DNA from: Felis catus
Taxonomy: Eukaryota
Direction of reading: 5' to 3'
Length of the DNA stretch: 64,000 nucleotides
Assembly: GCF_018350175.1 (NCBI RefSeq)
Contig: NC_058368.1
Location: 7,688,001 to 7,752,000, forward strand
Both the position numbers and the translations under genes were made by a program. Within the stretch, counting starts at the first letter, position 1; each line of letters starts with the position of its first letter. A model generated the notes under the pieces. The model saw only the letters and a list, made by a program, of their open reading frames with translations, did no database searches and had not been told where the DNA came from. Of the stretch, positions 1-12,420 are shown one piece after another.

Positions 1-2052
1 CTAATGATTAGTGATGCTGTCCTCTTTGGGAAAAGGGTCTATTCATTTCTTCTGTGCATTTTCCAACCAGATTTCTTTTTCTTCTTTTTTCTTTCTTTTC
101 CTTCCTTCCTCCCTTTCTTCCTTCCTTCCTTCCTTCCTTCCTTCCTTCCTTCCTTCCTTCCTTCCTTCCTTCCTTTTTTGTTGCTACTGAGTTGTAGGAG
201 TTATTTTTATATTTTAGATATTAATCCTTTATCAGATATATAATTTGCAAATGTTTTCTTCCATTCCACAGGTTACCTTTTCATATTTTTGATGGTTTCT
301 GATGCTGTGCCAAAGCTTTTTAGTTTTGTGTAGTCCCATTCATTTATTCTTTCTCTTGTTACTTTTGCCTTTGGTGTCAAATCCAAAAAATCTAATCTTG
401 TTAAGACAGATGTCAAGGAGATTACCCCCTGTGTTTTCTTCTATGAGATTTATGGTTTTAGGTCTTACATTCAAGTCTTTAACCTACTTCGAGATTTTTG
501 TGTATGGCCTAAGATAGTGGTGTAGTTTCATTATTTTGCATGTGGCTGTCCAGTTTTCCCAACTGTATATGTCATCTTTCCCCGACTGTATACACTTGGC
601 CCCTTTGTTACAAATTAATTAACCACATGTGCATGAGTTTATTTCCGGGCTCTCTATTCTGTTTCATTGATCTGCGTGTACAGAAATGTACATTGAACTG
701 GAAGAATTTTCTGGAAAGACTGGCATTCATGCTTCCTTGAATGTTTGGTAGAATTCACAAATGAAGCCAACTGGTCCTGGATTTTCTTTGTTGGTAGATT
801 TTTCATTACCGATTCAATCTCCTTACTAGCGATTCTGTTCAAATTTTCTGTTGATCTTCCCGGTTCAGTCTTCGGTAGGTTGTATGTTTTCAGAAGTTTA
901 TCCATTTCTTCTAGATTGTCCGATTTGTTTGCAAATAAGTGTCCATAATAGTCTCATGATCTTTTGTATTTCCATGGAGTTTTTATGACCGCTAATTTGA
1001 ACTCTTTATGGGTGAACCATTTAGCTTTGTTTCACTAAGGTTTGTTTCCGGAGTTTTCACTTCTTCTTTTGTTTGGAACACACTCCTTTTCATTTTCCTT
1101 GACTCTCTGTGTTGGTGTCCGTGCATTGGATAAAACAGCCACCTCTCCCAACCTTCACAGAATGGTCTCATGCAGGAGAGGAACCGTCTCAGAAAGTCCA
1201 GGCTTAGGTCTTTGTTGGCCCTCAAACCCTTGTGATTGTCCAAGTCACTGGTTCCTAAGAGTGAGGGTTGGGCCAAGACCTTGTCAGTGTCGCAAAGGGG
1301 AGGGCCTAAGTAAGATGAACAGTGACTGGAAGGGTGACTCAAAAGTAGTAGCATTTAAAGTCAGGGCTCCAAACCCGTGCACATTCCCCCTTCAGGGAGA
1401 TACTAACAGAAGGAAAATGTAGAGACATGCTTGCTAGCCTCCCCAGTCTTGGCCAGGATCACAGTCAGTTCCTAGATATATGTTAAATTAGGAGCCTAAC
1501 CCTCAGGCTGCAAACAGGTCTCTTTAAGGGAAAGACTGGGAGACATTTCTATCTGTGGCTTCTGCACCGCACCCTGGGGGGATAACCACAGCAAGTCCTC
1601 CCAGGCCCAAAGAACTGCTTCTTTGTTTGCTACAATCTGTTTCTTTGTTTGGTATAGTCTCAAGGATGCAAGCCCCATTGTTTTTCAGAGCCACTGTTTT
1701 TCAGAGCCAGGAGTTCTGGGAGCCGGTCCCAAGGTGGAATTCTTAAAAAATAGGAATGCTAGATGTTGGGTCAAACAAACCCTTTCATTACTCAGGGAGG
1801 AGCTGAGGGTGGTGAGTTCCCTCTCGTTTGTATATTGATTGCTATGTCAGGGATTGGGTTCTGGTGAGATTGACATATGTCTCTGCCTTTTCCACCCATT
1901 TCAATGTGGGTTTTTTTTCCTCATTTCCTCATTGTGTTGGAGCCACTTAGCTGTTTTCTGGATTTCTTTCAGAGAAAATGTTCCATGTGCAGCTGTCGAT
2001 GTTGTGTGTCCATGGGAGAAAGTGAGTTCAGGAGCCTCCTACATGGCCATCT
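1..2052 (-). mobile_element. L1 LINE, internally deleted, with 5' end retained
   Basis: ORF2 remnants (MDKLLKTYNLPK..LNR..KEIESVMKNLPTKK, 654-905), an ORF1 N-terminus-like VFQTKE..KTPE at ~1000-1100, and an L1 5' end AGATGGCC..TAGGAGG.TCCTGAACTCAC at ~2052. Confidence 0.85.
75..180. repeat. (CCTT)n / CT-rich microsatellite
   Basis: Tandem cctt/ttcc units. Confidence 0.9.
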
Positions 2053-2351
2053 ACAGGTTTTGAGAGTTCTTTTTAAAAATATATTCTGGATACAAGTCCT
2101 TTATCAAATATGTAATTGACAATTATTTTCTGCCAGTCTGTGGCTTGTCTTTTGAAGACGAAAATTCTTAATCTTGAAGATGTCCAACTTATCAATCTTC
2201 CTTTTATGGATCATGCTTTTGGTTTTGTATCTAAAAATTCTTTGTTCCATCTAAGGTTATAAAGGTTTTCTCCTAGTGTTAGAGTTTCAGGTTTTAAATG
2301 TACATTTTAGTTTTACATTTAGGTCTATGATCCATTTTGAGTACTTTAAAA

Positions 2352-2564
2352 AACATTTTTTTTAAGTTGATTTATTTATTGAGAGAGGGTGCATGTGCAA
2401 AAGCAGGGAAGAGGCAGAGAGACAGGGAGAGAGAGAATCCCAAGCAGACTCTGCACTGTCAGTGTAGAGCCCTATGTGGGGCTCAAACTTGCAGACCAAG
2501 AGATCATGACCTGAACTGAAACCAGGAGTTGGACGCTCAACCAATTGAACCATCCAGGCACCCC
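2352..2564 (-). mobile_element. Can-SINE (SINEC)
   Basis: Reverse tRNA-derived head, (GA)n tract and T-rich tail. Confidence 0.85.
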
Positions 2565-3439
2565 ATTCTGAGTAGACTTTTTATATGGTATGACTACGGG
2601 TCAAAACTTTTCATATGATTATAGTTACATGTGAATATTCAATTGTTTCAGCACCATTCACTGAAAGAGTATTGATTTCTCCACTGAATTACTTGTATAC
2701 CTTCATCAAAAATAAATTGACTGCATATACTTTTCCATTGATCTATTTGTCTATCTGGATGCCAATTCCACATTGTCTCAATTATTGTTGCTTTATAATA
2801 AGTCTTGAAATCAAGATAAGTTTTACAACTTTGTTCTTTTCACAGTTGTTTTGGGTATTGTAGATCTCTCATTTTCATGTTAATTTCAGAACCAGCCTGT
2901 CAAAACCTGCAAAAAAGGTTTGCAGGGATATTGGCGGAATTGTATTGAGTCACTGGATCAACTGAGCAAGACTGACATTTTAACAATATGAGTCTTATAA
3001 TACATCTATATGGTATATCTCTCTTTATTTAGGTCTCCTTTAATTTCTCTTAGCAATGTATAGTTTTTAGTATACAGATCTTGCCTTTCTTTATCCCTCT
3101 TTCATCTTTTTTAAGCTATCTTATATTTTTTCTCCCCTTTCTGATTGTTAGTGCTAGAAACATGATTTAATTTCTACACTGATCTTGTGTCCTACAAACC
3201 TGCATAACTTGTTTATTAGTTGTAATTACTTTTTTGTAAGTTCCAAAGGATTTTATACACAGATGATCATGTTGTCTGCAAATAAAGACAGTTTTACTTC
3301 TTCTTTTCCAATTTGGATGCTTGTGATTTCTTTTTCTTGCCTTATTATGCTAGCTGAATCTCCAGTACAATGTTAAAGAGTAGGGAGAATGGACATCCTT
3401 GCCTTATTTCTGATCTTAGTACAAAATGTTCAGCCATTT

Positions 3440-3694
3440 GGGGCGCCTGGGTGGCTTGGTCGGTTAAGTGTCCAACTTCGGCTCAGGTCACGATCTCGCG
3501 GTCCGTGAGTTCGAGCCCCGCGTTGGGCTCTGTGCTGACAGCTCAGAGCCTGGAGCCTGTTTCAAATTCTGTGTCTCCCTCTCTCTCTGGCCCCTCCCCT
3601 GTTCATGCTCTGTCTCTCTCTGTCTCAAAAATAAATAAACGTCAAAAAAAAAATTAAAAAAAACAAAAACAAAAACAAACAAAAAAACCAAAAA
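3440..3694 (+). mobile_element. SINEC_Fc-type SINE with 19-bp TSD
   Basis: GGGGCGCCTGGGTGGCT head, CT tract and A tail. TSD acaaaatgttcagccattt at 3421-3439 / 3695-3713. Confidence 0.93.
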
Positions 3695-4291
3695 ACAAAA
3701 TGTTCAGCCATTTGATATTAAGTATGATGTTTGCTAAAGGATTTTCATAGATACTCTTCCTTAATTGGAGGAGGATCATGTCTATTCCTACTTTGCTGGG
3801 AAATTTTATTAGGAATGGATGTGGAATTTGGTCAAATGCATTTTTTGGTATCTATTGAGATGATCATATAGGTTTGTTTTTTGGTTTTGTTTTTTTAGTG
3901 ATTTTTCTTCTTTATTGTGTGTATATGGTGAACTACATTGATTCATTTGCAAATGTTAACCAACCCTGCCTTCCTGAAATAAATACCAGTTGGATATGAT
4001 GTATTATCTTGTTTATATATTGTTGAATTCCATTTGTTAAAGTACTGCTAAAAATTTTTGCATTTATATTATGGTAATTATCAGCCTGCAGGTTTATTTT
4101 TGTGTTTTTTTGCTACTAATATCCTCAGTTTGGGTACCATAGAAATGGCCTCATAGAATGAGGTGAGAAGCATTATCTTCTTTTATATTTTCTGGAAAAG
4201 TTTGCATAGAATTGGTATTATTTCCTCTTTAAACATTTGGTGGATTCCCCAGTAAAGCCATTTACTCCAGTAGTTTTCATCATGGGAATTA

Positions 4292-4757
4292 AAAAATATA
4301 TACTTATTATTTATTTTTGAGGGAGAGAGATAGAGAGTGAGCAGAGGAGGGGCAGATAGAGAGGGAGACAGAACCCCAAGCAGGCTCTGTGTTGTCAGTG
4401 CAGAGCCTGATGCAGACCTAGAACCCATGGATGATGAGATCATGACCTGAGCTGAACAAGAGTCAGATGCTTAACCAACTGAGCCATCCAGGTGCTTCCA
4501 CTGTGGGAATATTTTTAACTACAAATTCAATTTCTTTTTTTTTAATATATATATTTTTATGTTTTTACTTATTTTTAAGAGAGAGAGAGTGCAAGCAGGG
4601 GAGGGGCAGAGAGAGAGGGAGACACAGAATCCGAACCAGGCTCCAGGCTCTGAACTGTCAGCACAGAGCCCGACGTGGGGCTCGAACTCACGAACAGTGG
4701 GATCATGACCTGAGTCAAAGTAGAACACTTAACCTACTGAGCCACCCAAGAGCTCCT
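4292..4757 (-). mobile_element. Two adjacent Can-SINEs (~4292-4499, ~4535-4757)
   Basis: Two reverse SINE bodies; the second is flanked by a repeated tacaaattcaatttcttt. Confidence 0.85.
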
Positions 4758-5434
4758 ACAAATTCAATTTCTTTAACAGACATAACATTATTTAGATTAT
4801 CGATTTTCCTCGAATGAACTTTGGTACTATGTGTCTTTCAAGGTATTTTTTTCCATTAAATGGAAGTTGTCAATGTATAGGCATAAAGTCATTAATAATA
4901 TTTCCATATTATCCTTTCAATATCTATAGATTCTATAGTGATGTTGCCTCTCTTGTTCCTGATACCTCAAATTTGTATCTTCTCTTTTTCCTGATCAGTT
5001 TGGCTAGAAGTCTAGCAATATTACTGATCCTTTATTGCTCTTGGTTGCATTGATTTTCTCCTTTCCCCCCCTATTTAATTGATTTTTCACTTTGGTATTT
5101 GTTTCCTTTCTTTTATTTACATGGGGTTTAATTTGTTATTTTCCTCCTCTAGCTTGTGCTTGAATTCAAGCCCACTGGTCTGAATTTGTAGCATTACAAT
5201 TTAAGGATGCTAATCATTTAATAATTAATAATTTAATGCTACCAATTTCCTCTTAAGTACTGCTTTAGAAACATGCCTCAAATTCCAATATATTGCATTT
5301 CACTTTCCCTCAGTTCAATGTACATTCTCATTTGTTTTTTGGTTACTGCACTGACCCAAGGATTATTTAGAAATGTGTTCTTTGGTTTCCAAATATTTGA
5401 GGATTTTCCATGTGCCTTTCTGTTATTAATTTCT

Positions 5435-5668
5435 TTCTTTTTTTTTTTTTTTTAATTTTTTTTTTCAACATTTATTTATTTTTGGGACAGAGAGAGACAG
5501 AGCATGAACGGGGGAGGGGCAGAGAGAGAGGGAGACACAGCATCAGAAACAGGCTCCAGGCTCCGAGCCATCAGCCCAGAGCCCGACGTGGGGCTCGAAC
5601 TCACGGACCGCGAGATCGTGACCTGGCTGAAGTCGGACGCTTAACCGACTGCGCCACCCAGGCGCCCC
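5435..5668 (-). mobile_element. Young SINEC_Fc SINE
   Basis: Near-consensus, CpG-rich body with long poly-T and TSD ttaatttct. Confidence 0.92.
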
Positions 5669-6587
5669 TTAATTTCTAATTTAATACCACTGTAGTCACA
5701 GGATAAACTTTATATGTCTTGAATCTTTTAAAATTTACTGAAGCTTGTCTGCTGGCCCAGAATATGATCTAGCTTGATAAGTGTATTGTATGCACTTGAA
5801 AAGAATGTACATTCAGCTGTTGTTGAGTGCAATGTTCTATAAATGTAAATTAGATCAAGCTGGTTGATCAAGTCTTCTATAAATTACTGATTTCTTTTTT
5901 TTTCCCTATCAATTATCAGGGTATTGAACTCTCTGAATTGGTCCATTTCTCCTTGCAAGTTCAATCAGATTTTGATCCATGTATTTTCAAGCTCGGCTAA
6001 ATGCATGAGTGTTTATGATTTTTGTCTTGTGATGACTTAAGCCTTATAGCATTATGACATAACTTTCTGCCTCTTGTAATATTTTTGCTCTGAAATATAC
6101 TTTGTTATTTAGCTTCTCCAACTTTTGATTAGTGTTGGCATGGAATTGTCTCCCCCCATCCCTTTACGTTTAACCTATTTGCGTCTTCATATCCAAGGTT
6201 GACTTTATTTATGCACCATATAAGTTGGGTCTTGCTTTTTTGTTTTTGTTTTTGTTTTTAACCAAGTCTGACAACCTCTGCCTTTTAATTTGATGTGTAA
6301 ATCATTGAAATTTAATGAGATTATTAATAGGCTTAGGCTCATATTATTCTTTGTTTTCTATTTGTTCCATCTGTCCTTTTTTCCCCCCTTTCCTCTTTTT
6401 CTACCTCCTTTGGGAATAATTGAGTATATTTTATGATTCTACTTCATCTTATTTCTTCAGTGATTAGCTATAATGCTTTGTTTTGTTATTTAAGCAATTG
6501 CTTTAAGGTTTATAATATTCATCTTTACCATAAAGCAGTCTTTTAAGTGCTGTTATACCACATTATGTATAATATAAAGAGCTTACA

Positions 6588-6805
6588 GGGGTGCCTGGGT
6601 GGCTCAGTCAGTTAAGTGTCAATTTCAGGTCAGGTCACGATCTTGTGGTTCGTGAGTTCAAGCCCCGCGGTCGGGCTCTGTGCTGACAGCTCAGAGCCTG
6701 GAGCCTGCTTCGGCTTCTGTGCCTCCCTCTCTCTCTCTGCCCCTCCCCTACTTGTGCTCTGTCTCTGTCTCTCAAAAATAAATAAACTTTTGAAAAACTT
6801 TTACT
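6588..6805 (+). mobile_element. Can-SINE
   Basis: GGGGTGCCTGGGTGGCTCAGTC head, CT tract and AATAAA tail. Confidence 0.88.
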
Positions 6806-8234
6806 ATAAGGACTTTACAATAGTATATTTCAATTTCATCCCTCCCAGGTTTTGTGCTATCACTATCACACATTGCATTTCTATATAAGGTATAAACCCA
6901 ACAAGTTACTGTTATTATTTTGCATTAAATAGTCAATCATCTTCCATAGGGGTTTAAACAATAAAAAAAATCTTATATTTACTCACTTCTGGAGGTCAAA
7001 TATCCATGTCATGGGAAATAATGGGGAAAAGGAGGTCAGAAAAAGATAGCTGATAAAATAATGGAGGAAAAAATTTCATTTCCAAACCTGATATAAATGT
7101 AAACCCACAGGTAAGAAGCCCAACAAAACCCAAACACATGACTCAGGAAGAAAACTACAACAATATACCATAAAGAGGAACTCTTAAAAGCATCAGAGAA
7201 AAAGGATACATTCTAATAGCAGACTTACATGTATCTATGACCAACCAAAGTTCTCACAGATGCTCTATTCATTTTATTTTGTCTTTTCTCTCTGTTCATT
7301 TTGGATTGTTTCTATTGCCGTCTTCAAGTTCACTAATCCTTTCTTCTGCAGTCAGTATGCTGTCAAACCCTTCCAGTGTAATCATAATTTTCATCTCTAG
7401 AAGTTCAATTTGTGTGATTTCTTTTTTTTTTTTTTTTTTTTTTTTGTATTTACTATGTCCCTGCTTAGCTTGTCTAATCTTTCCTCTAGCTTCAGGACTA
7501 TGTGGAATATAATATAACAACTATTTGAATGTTCTTGCCTACTAATTCTGTATTTGAGGTCACTTCTGGGTCTCTTCTTCATGACTGATTTTTCTCCTTA
7601 TTATGGGTTGAATTTTTATCCTTTGTCTATTAACTTGTAACTGGTTGCTGGGCATTGTGAATTTCACCTGGTATCAGATATTTCTGCATTTGATTACATA
7701 TTTTTGAACATTTTTATGGGAGGCAGTTGAGTTCATTGTAAACATTTTATTCCTTTCAGGTCTTCCTTTAAGCTTGGTTAGGTGGGACCAGAGCAGTGTC
7801 TAGTCCAGGGCTAATTTTCTCCACTAGTGGACGTCATCAGAACGAATAACTTCTGCTCTCCAATAATACTCTCTTAGAAAAATGAAAAGAGAAGCCATAG
7901 ACTGGGAAAAATATTTTCAAAACAAACAACCTGATTTTTTAAAAATAGGCAAAAGATTTTAGGAAACACTTCACCAAACATAATACGGGATGACAGTTAA
8001 GCACACGGAAAGACGGCCAACATCATCAGTCATTCGGGAAATGTAAATTAAAACCACCATGACATATGCTGTACCCCTATTAGAAGGGTTAAAAAACAAA
8101 CACAAAAAACATACCAAGTGATGACAATGACCTTGAGAAACTGGCAGTTTCCCATAACGTTGAAAGTTCACTGAGCAAACATTCCAGCAACACAATGCCA
8201 CTTCTGGGTGTGTACCCAAGAGAAATTAAAACCA

Positions 8235-8712
8235 GGGGCGCCTGGGTGGCGCAGTCGGTTAAGCGTCCGACTTCGGCTCAGGTCACGATCTCGCGGTCCG
8301 GGAGTTCGAGCCCCGCGTCGGGCTCTGGGCTGACGGCTCGGAGCCTGGAGCCTGTTTCCGAGTCTGTGTCTCCCTCTCTCTCTGCCCCTCCCCCGTTCAT
8401 GCTCTGTCTCTCTCTGTCCCCAAAATAAATAAAAACGTTGAAAAAAAATTAAAAAAAAAAAAAGTTGTTGAGGGGCGCCTGGGTGGCGCAGTCGCTTAAG
8501 CGTCCGACTTCCGCCAGGTCACGATCTCGCGGTCCGGGAGTTCGAGCCCCGCTCAGGCTCTGGGCTGATGGCTCGGAGCCTGGAGCCTGTTTCCGAGTCT
8601 GTGTCTCCCTCTCTCTCTCTGCCCCTCCCCCGTTCGTGCTCTGTCTCTCTCTGTCCCAAAAATAAATAAACGTTGAAAAAAAAATAAACAAAAAACAAAA
8701 CAAAACAAAAAA
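8235..8712 (+). mobile_element. Head-to-tail SINEC_Fc dimer (8235-8463, 8472-8712)
   Basis: Two full young SINE copies separated by gttgttga. Confidence 0.92.
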
Positions 8713-8854
8713 AACCTGTGCTCACAGCAAAACTTGCCTTCAAGTATTTATAGCAGCGTTATTGAATGAACTTCAGCTGATTAATGGCTAAACAAACTGT
8801 GCCACGTCCAATAATAAAATACCACTCAGCAACAGAAAGGAAAAAAAAAAGTAC

Positions 8855-9265
8855 CGTTAAAAAGAAAACCGCAGGCCCAAACAGAGCTATTTACGCTAGG
8901 CCAAGTCACCAAACCGGGGCTTAATACCTCACCTAATTCCCGTTTCAACCTTTCCCAGAAATGTAGTCTTAACCAGTTAGTCAGAAATGTCTTCCGGTCA
9001 GCTCCAATGAGTTAATCTGTCACAGGGGCCATCCCCAAGCCCCAAAGAAAGATGAAGCAATCCACCTAATAAGACACCCTGTATATGTCCCTAAGGGAAA
9101 GTGACCTTGTCTGCAACAACCCTTTCTTTTCTTTTGCTAACTGCCCTATCTCATGTCTGTCTAGAAAACCCTTCTGTTTTGCACAGCTCCTGGAGCTCCC
9201 CTCTACCTGCTACATGGGGCGCTGCCCGATTCATGGAGCACTTAATAAGGCCAACTTTTGTTTCC
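8855..9265 (+). mobile_element. Probable solo ERV1-type LTR
   Basis: ~400-bp non-L1 segment inside the L1 3' UTR with LTR-like sequence and an aataag near its 3' end. Family not assigned. Confidence 0.5.
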
Positions 9266-9729
9266 TGATTACTGATATCCATAACAACATGGATAGATCT
9301 CACGTAATTATGAAGCATGAAAGAAACAGACTCAAAAGTCTCCATGTTATAAAATTCCACTTACATGACCTCTGGAAAAGGAAAAATGATAGGGGCAGAA
9401 AAGAAGTCACTGGTCACCAGGGGTTGGATGTTGGGTATTGGGGTTGATTAACTACAAAGAAGAGTAAGAGAAGCTCTGGGGTGGGGTGGGGTGGGGGGGT
9501 GGAATGGAAATGTTCTATATTTTAATAGTGGTGCTAGTTATATAATGATATGTGTTGGCTAAGTTCTGGGAACCGCACACCAAAAAGGGTAAAATTTGCA
9601 ATAGGACAATTGTACCTTAATAGACCCAACTTTGAAAAAAGCCAAAGGAAGAATCGGCCGCCATGGAGATTAAAGTTCTTAATGAGAATCCATTCCAAAA
9701 CCCTGGTAGCACTTCCCAGAGTCCAGTTC

Positions 9730-9905
9730 CTTTTTTTTTTTAATGTTTATTTATTTATTTATTTTTTTGGGGGGGGGGGAGAGGGAGAGGGAGGGGCAGG
9801 GAGAGAATCCCCAACAGACTCCACACTGCCACCCCGATGTGGGGCTTGAACCCATTAACCATGAGATCATGACCTGAGTCGAAATCAAGAGTCGGATGCG
9901 TATCC
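9730..9905 (-). mobile_element. Can-SINE (short)
   Basis: Reverse SINE body with poly-T tail. Confidence 0.8.
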
Positions 9906-10324
9906 CCCTAGAGTCCAGTTCTAAACACAGTCTGAGGAATGAAGACAAATTTGGAATTGGAAAAGTGTTCCCAAAGTGGCAAGATTTGCAAATGCAGGGC
10001 TAGAGTGGAGGTGGGGCTAAGTGGAGAAAAAGAAAATTTAGCACCAATCAAAAATAAAATTTTAGGTAAAAGTAGAATCTTCTCCACTGAAAGTGTGATG
10101 GATGTAGACATTATAAAACAAATCAGAGAATGCCGGGGCACCTCATTTTCAGGTTCCCCAAGGTGAGTCTCCTGGGGAGCAGAGAGCTGGCAAAGACTTT
10201 AAAGTTTGAGTTTCAAGCCCCTGTTCTAAGAGTCACCTACTTGGATTGCAGAAAGTCCTTCGACCTTTCTAGGCCCCATTTCCCCGCACCTCGTAAATGA
10301 GGATGGTAGACAGGACTGGGGTGG

Positions 10325-11165
10325 TGTAATAAATCTATTTGACCAGTCCGGATTCCTGGCACAAACCTAAAACCCTTGGAATGTTCTGATAGGAGAGTCT
10401 TTTGTTATCCATGATAGGACTCTATTGAGCACACTAAAGTTGATGCTAATGATGCAACTTGGGTGGGGGGCCCTAGATGGCCTCAGGATGCGGCTGATCA
10501 CCAGAAAGACCAAGTAATGAGAGGGTGGGAGCTTTCAGCCCCACCCGCTGATAAAACGCCACAAATATTCTTGAACTGGGAGATTCAATGAGCTTCCGGG
10601 TTGGAGAGCACCCGGAGGTGGCCAGAGCGTGGCTTCCTGGAGAGGGTGTGGAAGCCCATCTCTCCTTCCCCCACCCCTTGCTCTATGCCTCTCTTCCAGC
10701 TTGCTGCTCTTGAGTTAGATCCTTTTATAACAAACTGGTGCTCTAGTAAGTAAAATGCTTTTCTAAGTTCGGTGAGCTGCTGTAGCAAACTAATTGAACC
10801 TGGGGGGGTGGGGGGGCGGTGCTCATGAAAACCATAGGTTTCCAGCCCCCTTTCAGAAGTCCGGTGACGGCCTGGACTTGGGATTGACATCTGAAATGGC
10901 AAGAGTGGGGACCTGAACCCCTAACCTGTGGGATCTGATACTGTCTCCAGGTGTACAGAGTCAGATACGAGGGAAATTGTAGGACATCCAACTGGTATTT
11001 GAGAATTGCCTGGTGTGGGGAACACCCCCTGCAACACGCACGCCCGCGCACGCGCGCGCGCACACACACACGCGCACACACACTTTTGGCGGCCAGAAGT
11101 GTTCAGTGCTGTTACTGCAGAGGAAACATACAGGAGTGTTTTTTTTTTTTGGTTTTTTTTTTTTA
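10325..11165. mobile_element. MER21-like LTR (ERVL class) containing a (CG/CA)n tract
   Basis: tgtaataaat..ttcctggcaca..cctaaaacccttggaat..caccagaaagaccaag..ctttcagccccacc..ttttataacaaactggt..agtaagtaaa, recalled as MER21-type motifs. Confidence 0.7.
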
Positions 11166-11399
11166 GAACTAGAGTAGCTCTTAAAAAAAAAAAAGAACTG
11201 GGTAGCTCTAAGGTCTGGTCCTCTCTCTAGTCCTTTCATGCTCTTTTTTCTGCAAATTCTCTTGATTTTAACTACCATCGGTTTGCTCATGTGTTTCAAA
11301 TTCATCCCTTCAGTATGTATGGCTCCATGTCTAGGCAGCCCCAGGAATCTTAAACTCACACTGATCTCCCCATTTTCCTTCCTAAACCTACTCCCCCCT

Positions 11400-12420
11400 T
11401 TCTCTTTCCCTCTCGTGGAAGGCAGAAACTCAGAAGCTCTCTTTGACTCCTCCCCCTCCCTCACTTCCCATCAGCCAGGCAGTTGCCAAGCGCTGACATT
11501 TTAACCTCTTGGTAATTCCCAAACCCGGAGGCAACTCTGCATCTCTGTAACCACTGCCCTACTTCAAACCCTAGTCGTCCCTGGCCCGGGCTACTGCCCA
11601 CACCTTGCTAGCTGGCCTCCCCGCCGTGGGCCTGCCGGTCTGATATCCACCCTCCATACAGACGCCAGAAATGTCTTTCTAAAACATGCACCAGAGCGTG
11701 CCCCCCTCCTGCTTAAAACCCCTCAACAACTTAGAGCAATGGTGCTTACTTACTCCTTGAGTCACAGGCCTCTTTGAAAACCTGATGAATGCAATTCACC
11801 TGCTCTCCAAAACAAACAACGAAACACACACCCACACACCCTGATGAGGAATACAATGGATCCGTGAATTCCGTCCAGAGACTCTTGGTCTACACTGTGA
11901 AGTCCAGGTCCCTCATCCCATCAGAACACTATTTACACATGACACACTGAGCCTCTGGCAACCCAGAAGTTTTTTTTAAAGCTGTCCCCTGAACAGTCTT
12001 CAGACTACGTTCTGAATCACAACTTTTCACAGGAGAGTTACTCTACCCTGGAGGCCTCATACTTTGTCTCTCAGCCACCCAGGACGGAAGCCTGCTTTTC
12101 CATCCACTGCATGTTTCTTACGGCCGGTCCCTTTCTCTGCCGCCCTGTTTGCCTGGAATGTCCTCCTCTTCCTTATCTTTCTAGTCACGGCTCTGGCACG
12201 ACCTCCACTTGGAAGCCTGGCCTTCTTTTCTCAGTCTGGGTTACAGGCTCCGTCTCTGTGCAGATTTCCAAAATCGAACTGCAATTCTCCTTGTGTATGC
12301 CTGACCTTTTCCCGCCAATGCCCCCGACGTCAGACTGTGAGCTCTCTGAAAGCAGGAACCGGTACTATGCGGGACTTAATACAAGTCCGAGATATGGACG
12401 GTGCTCTAAAGTGTCTAAGA
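11400..12420. mobile_element. Ancient L2 fragments with a small hAT-like insert (~11735-11890)
   Basis: L2-like motifs (ccactgccctacttcaaacc, tcctgcttaaaacccctcaa, gcctggaatgtcctcc, agactgtgagctc). Confidence 0.55.

Larger units (their letters stand above)
2055..7830 (-). mobile_element. Old L1 (L1M-type) ORF2/ORF1 remnants interrupted by SINEs
   Basis: T-rich antisense L1 motifs (aataaagacagttttacttcttcttttccaatt, ggacatccttgcctt) and an ORF1 coiled-coil remnant IELLEMK..AEERISELED at 7296-7520. Confidence 0.8.
7870..9635 (+). mobile_element. Old L1 3' end (L1MB/MC-like) interrupted by SINEs and an LTR
   Basis: L1 ORF2 C-terminal and 3' UTR motifs (gggaaatgtaaattaaaaccac, tacccaagagaaat..aaaac). 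Confidence 0.72.

Noticed and set aside
8235..8320. tRNA-like A/B boxes (TGGCGCAGTCGG, GTTCGAGCC)
   Set aside because: These are tRNA-derived SINE heads, not tRNA genes.
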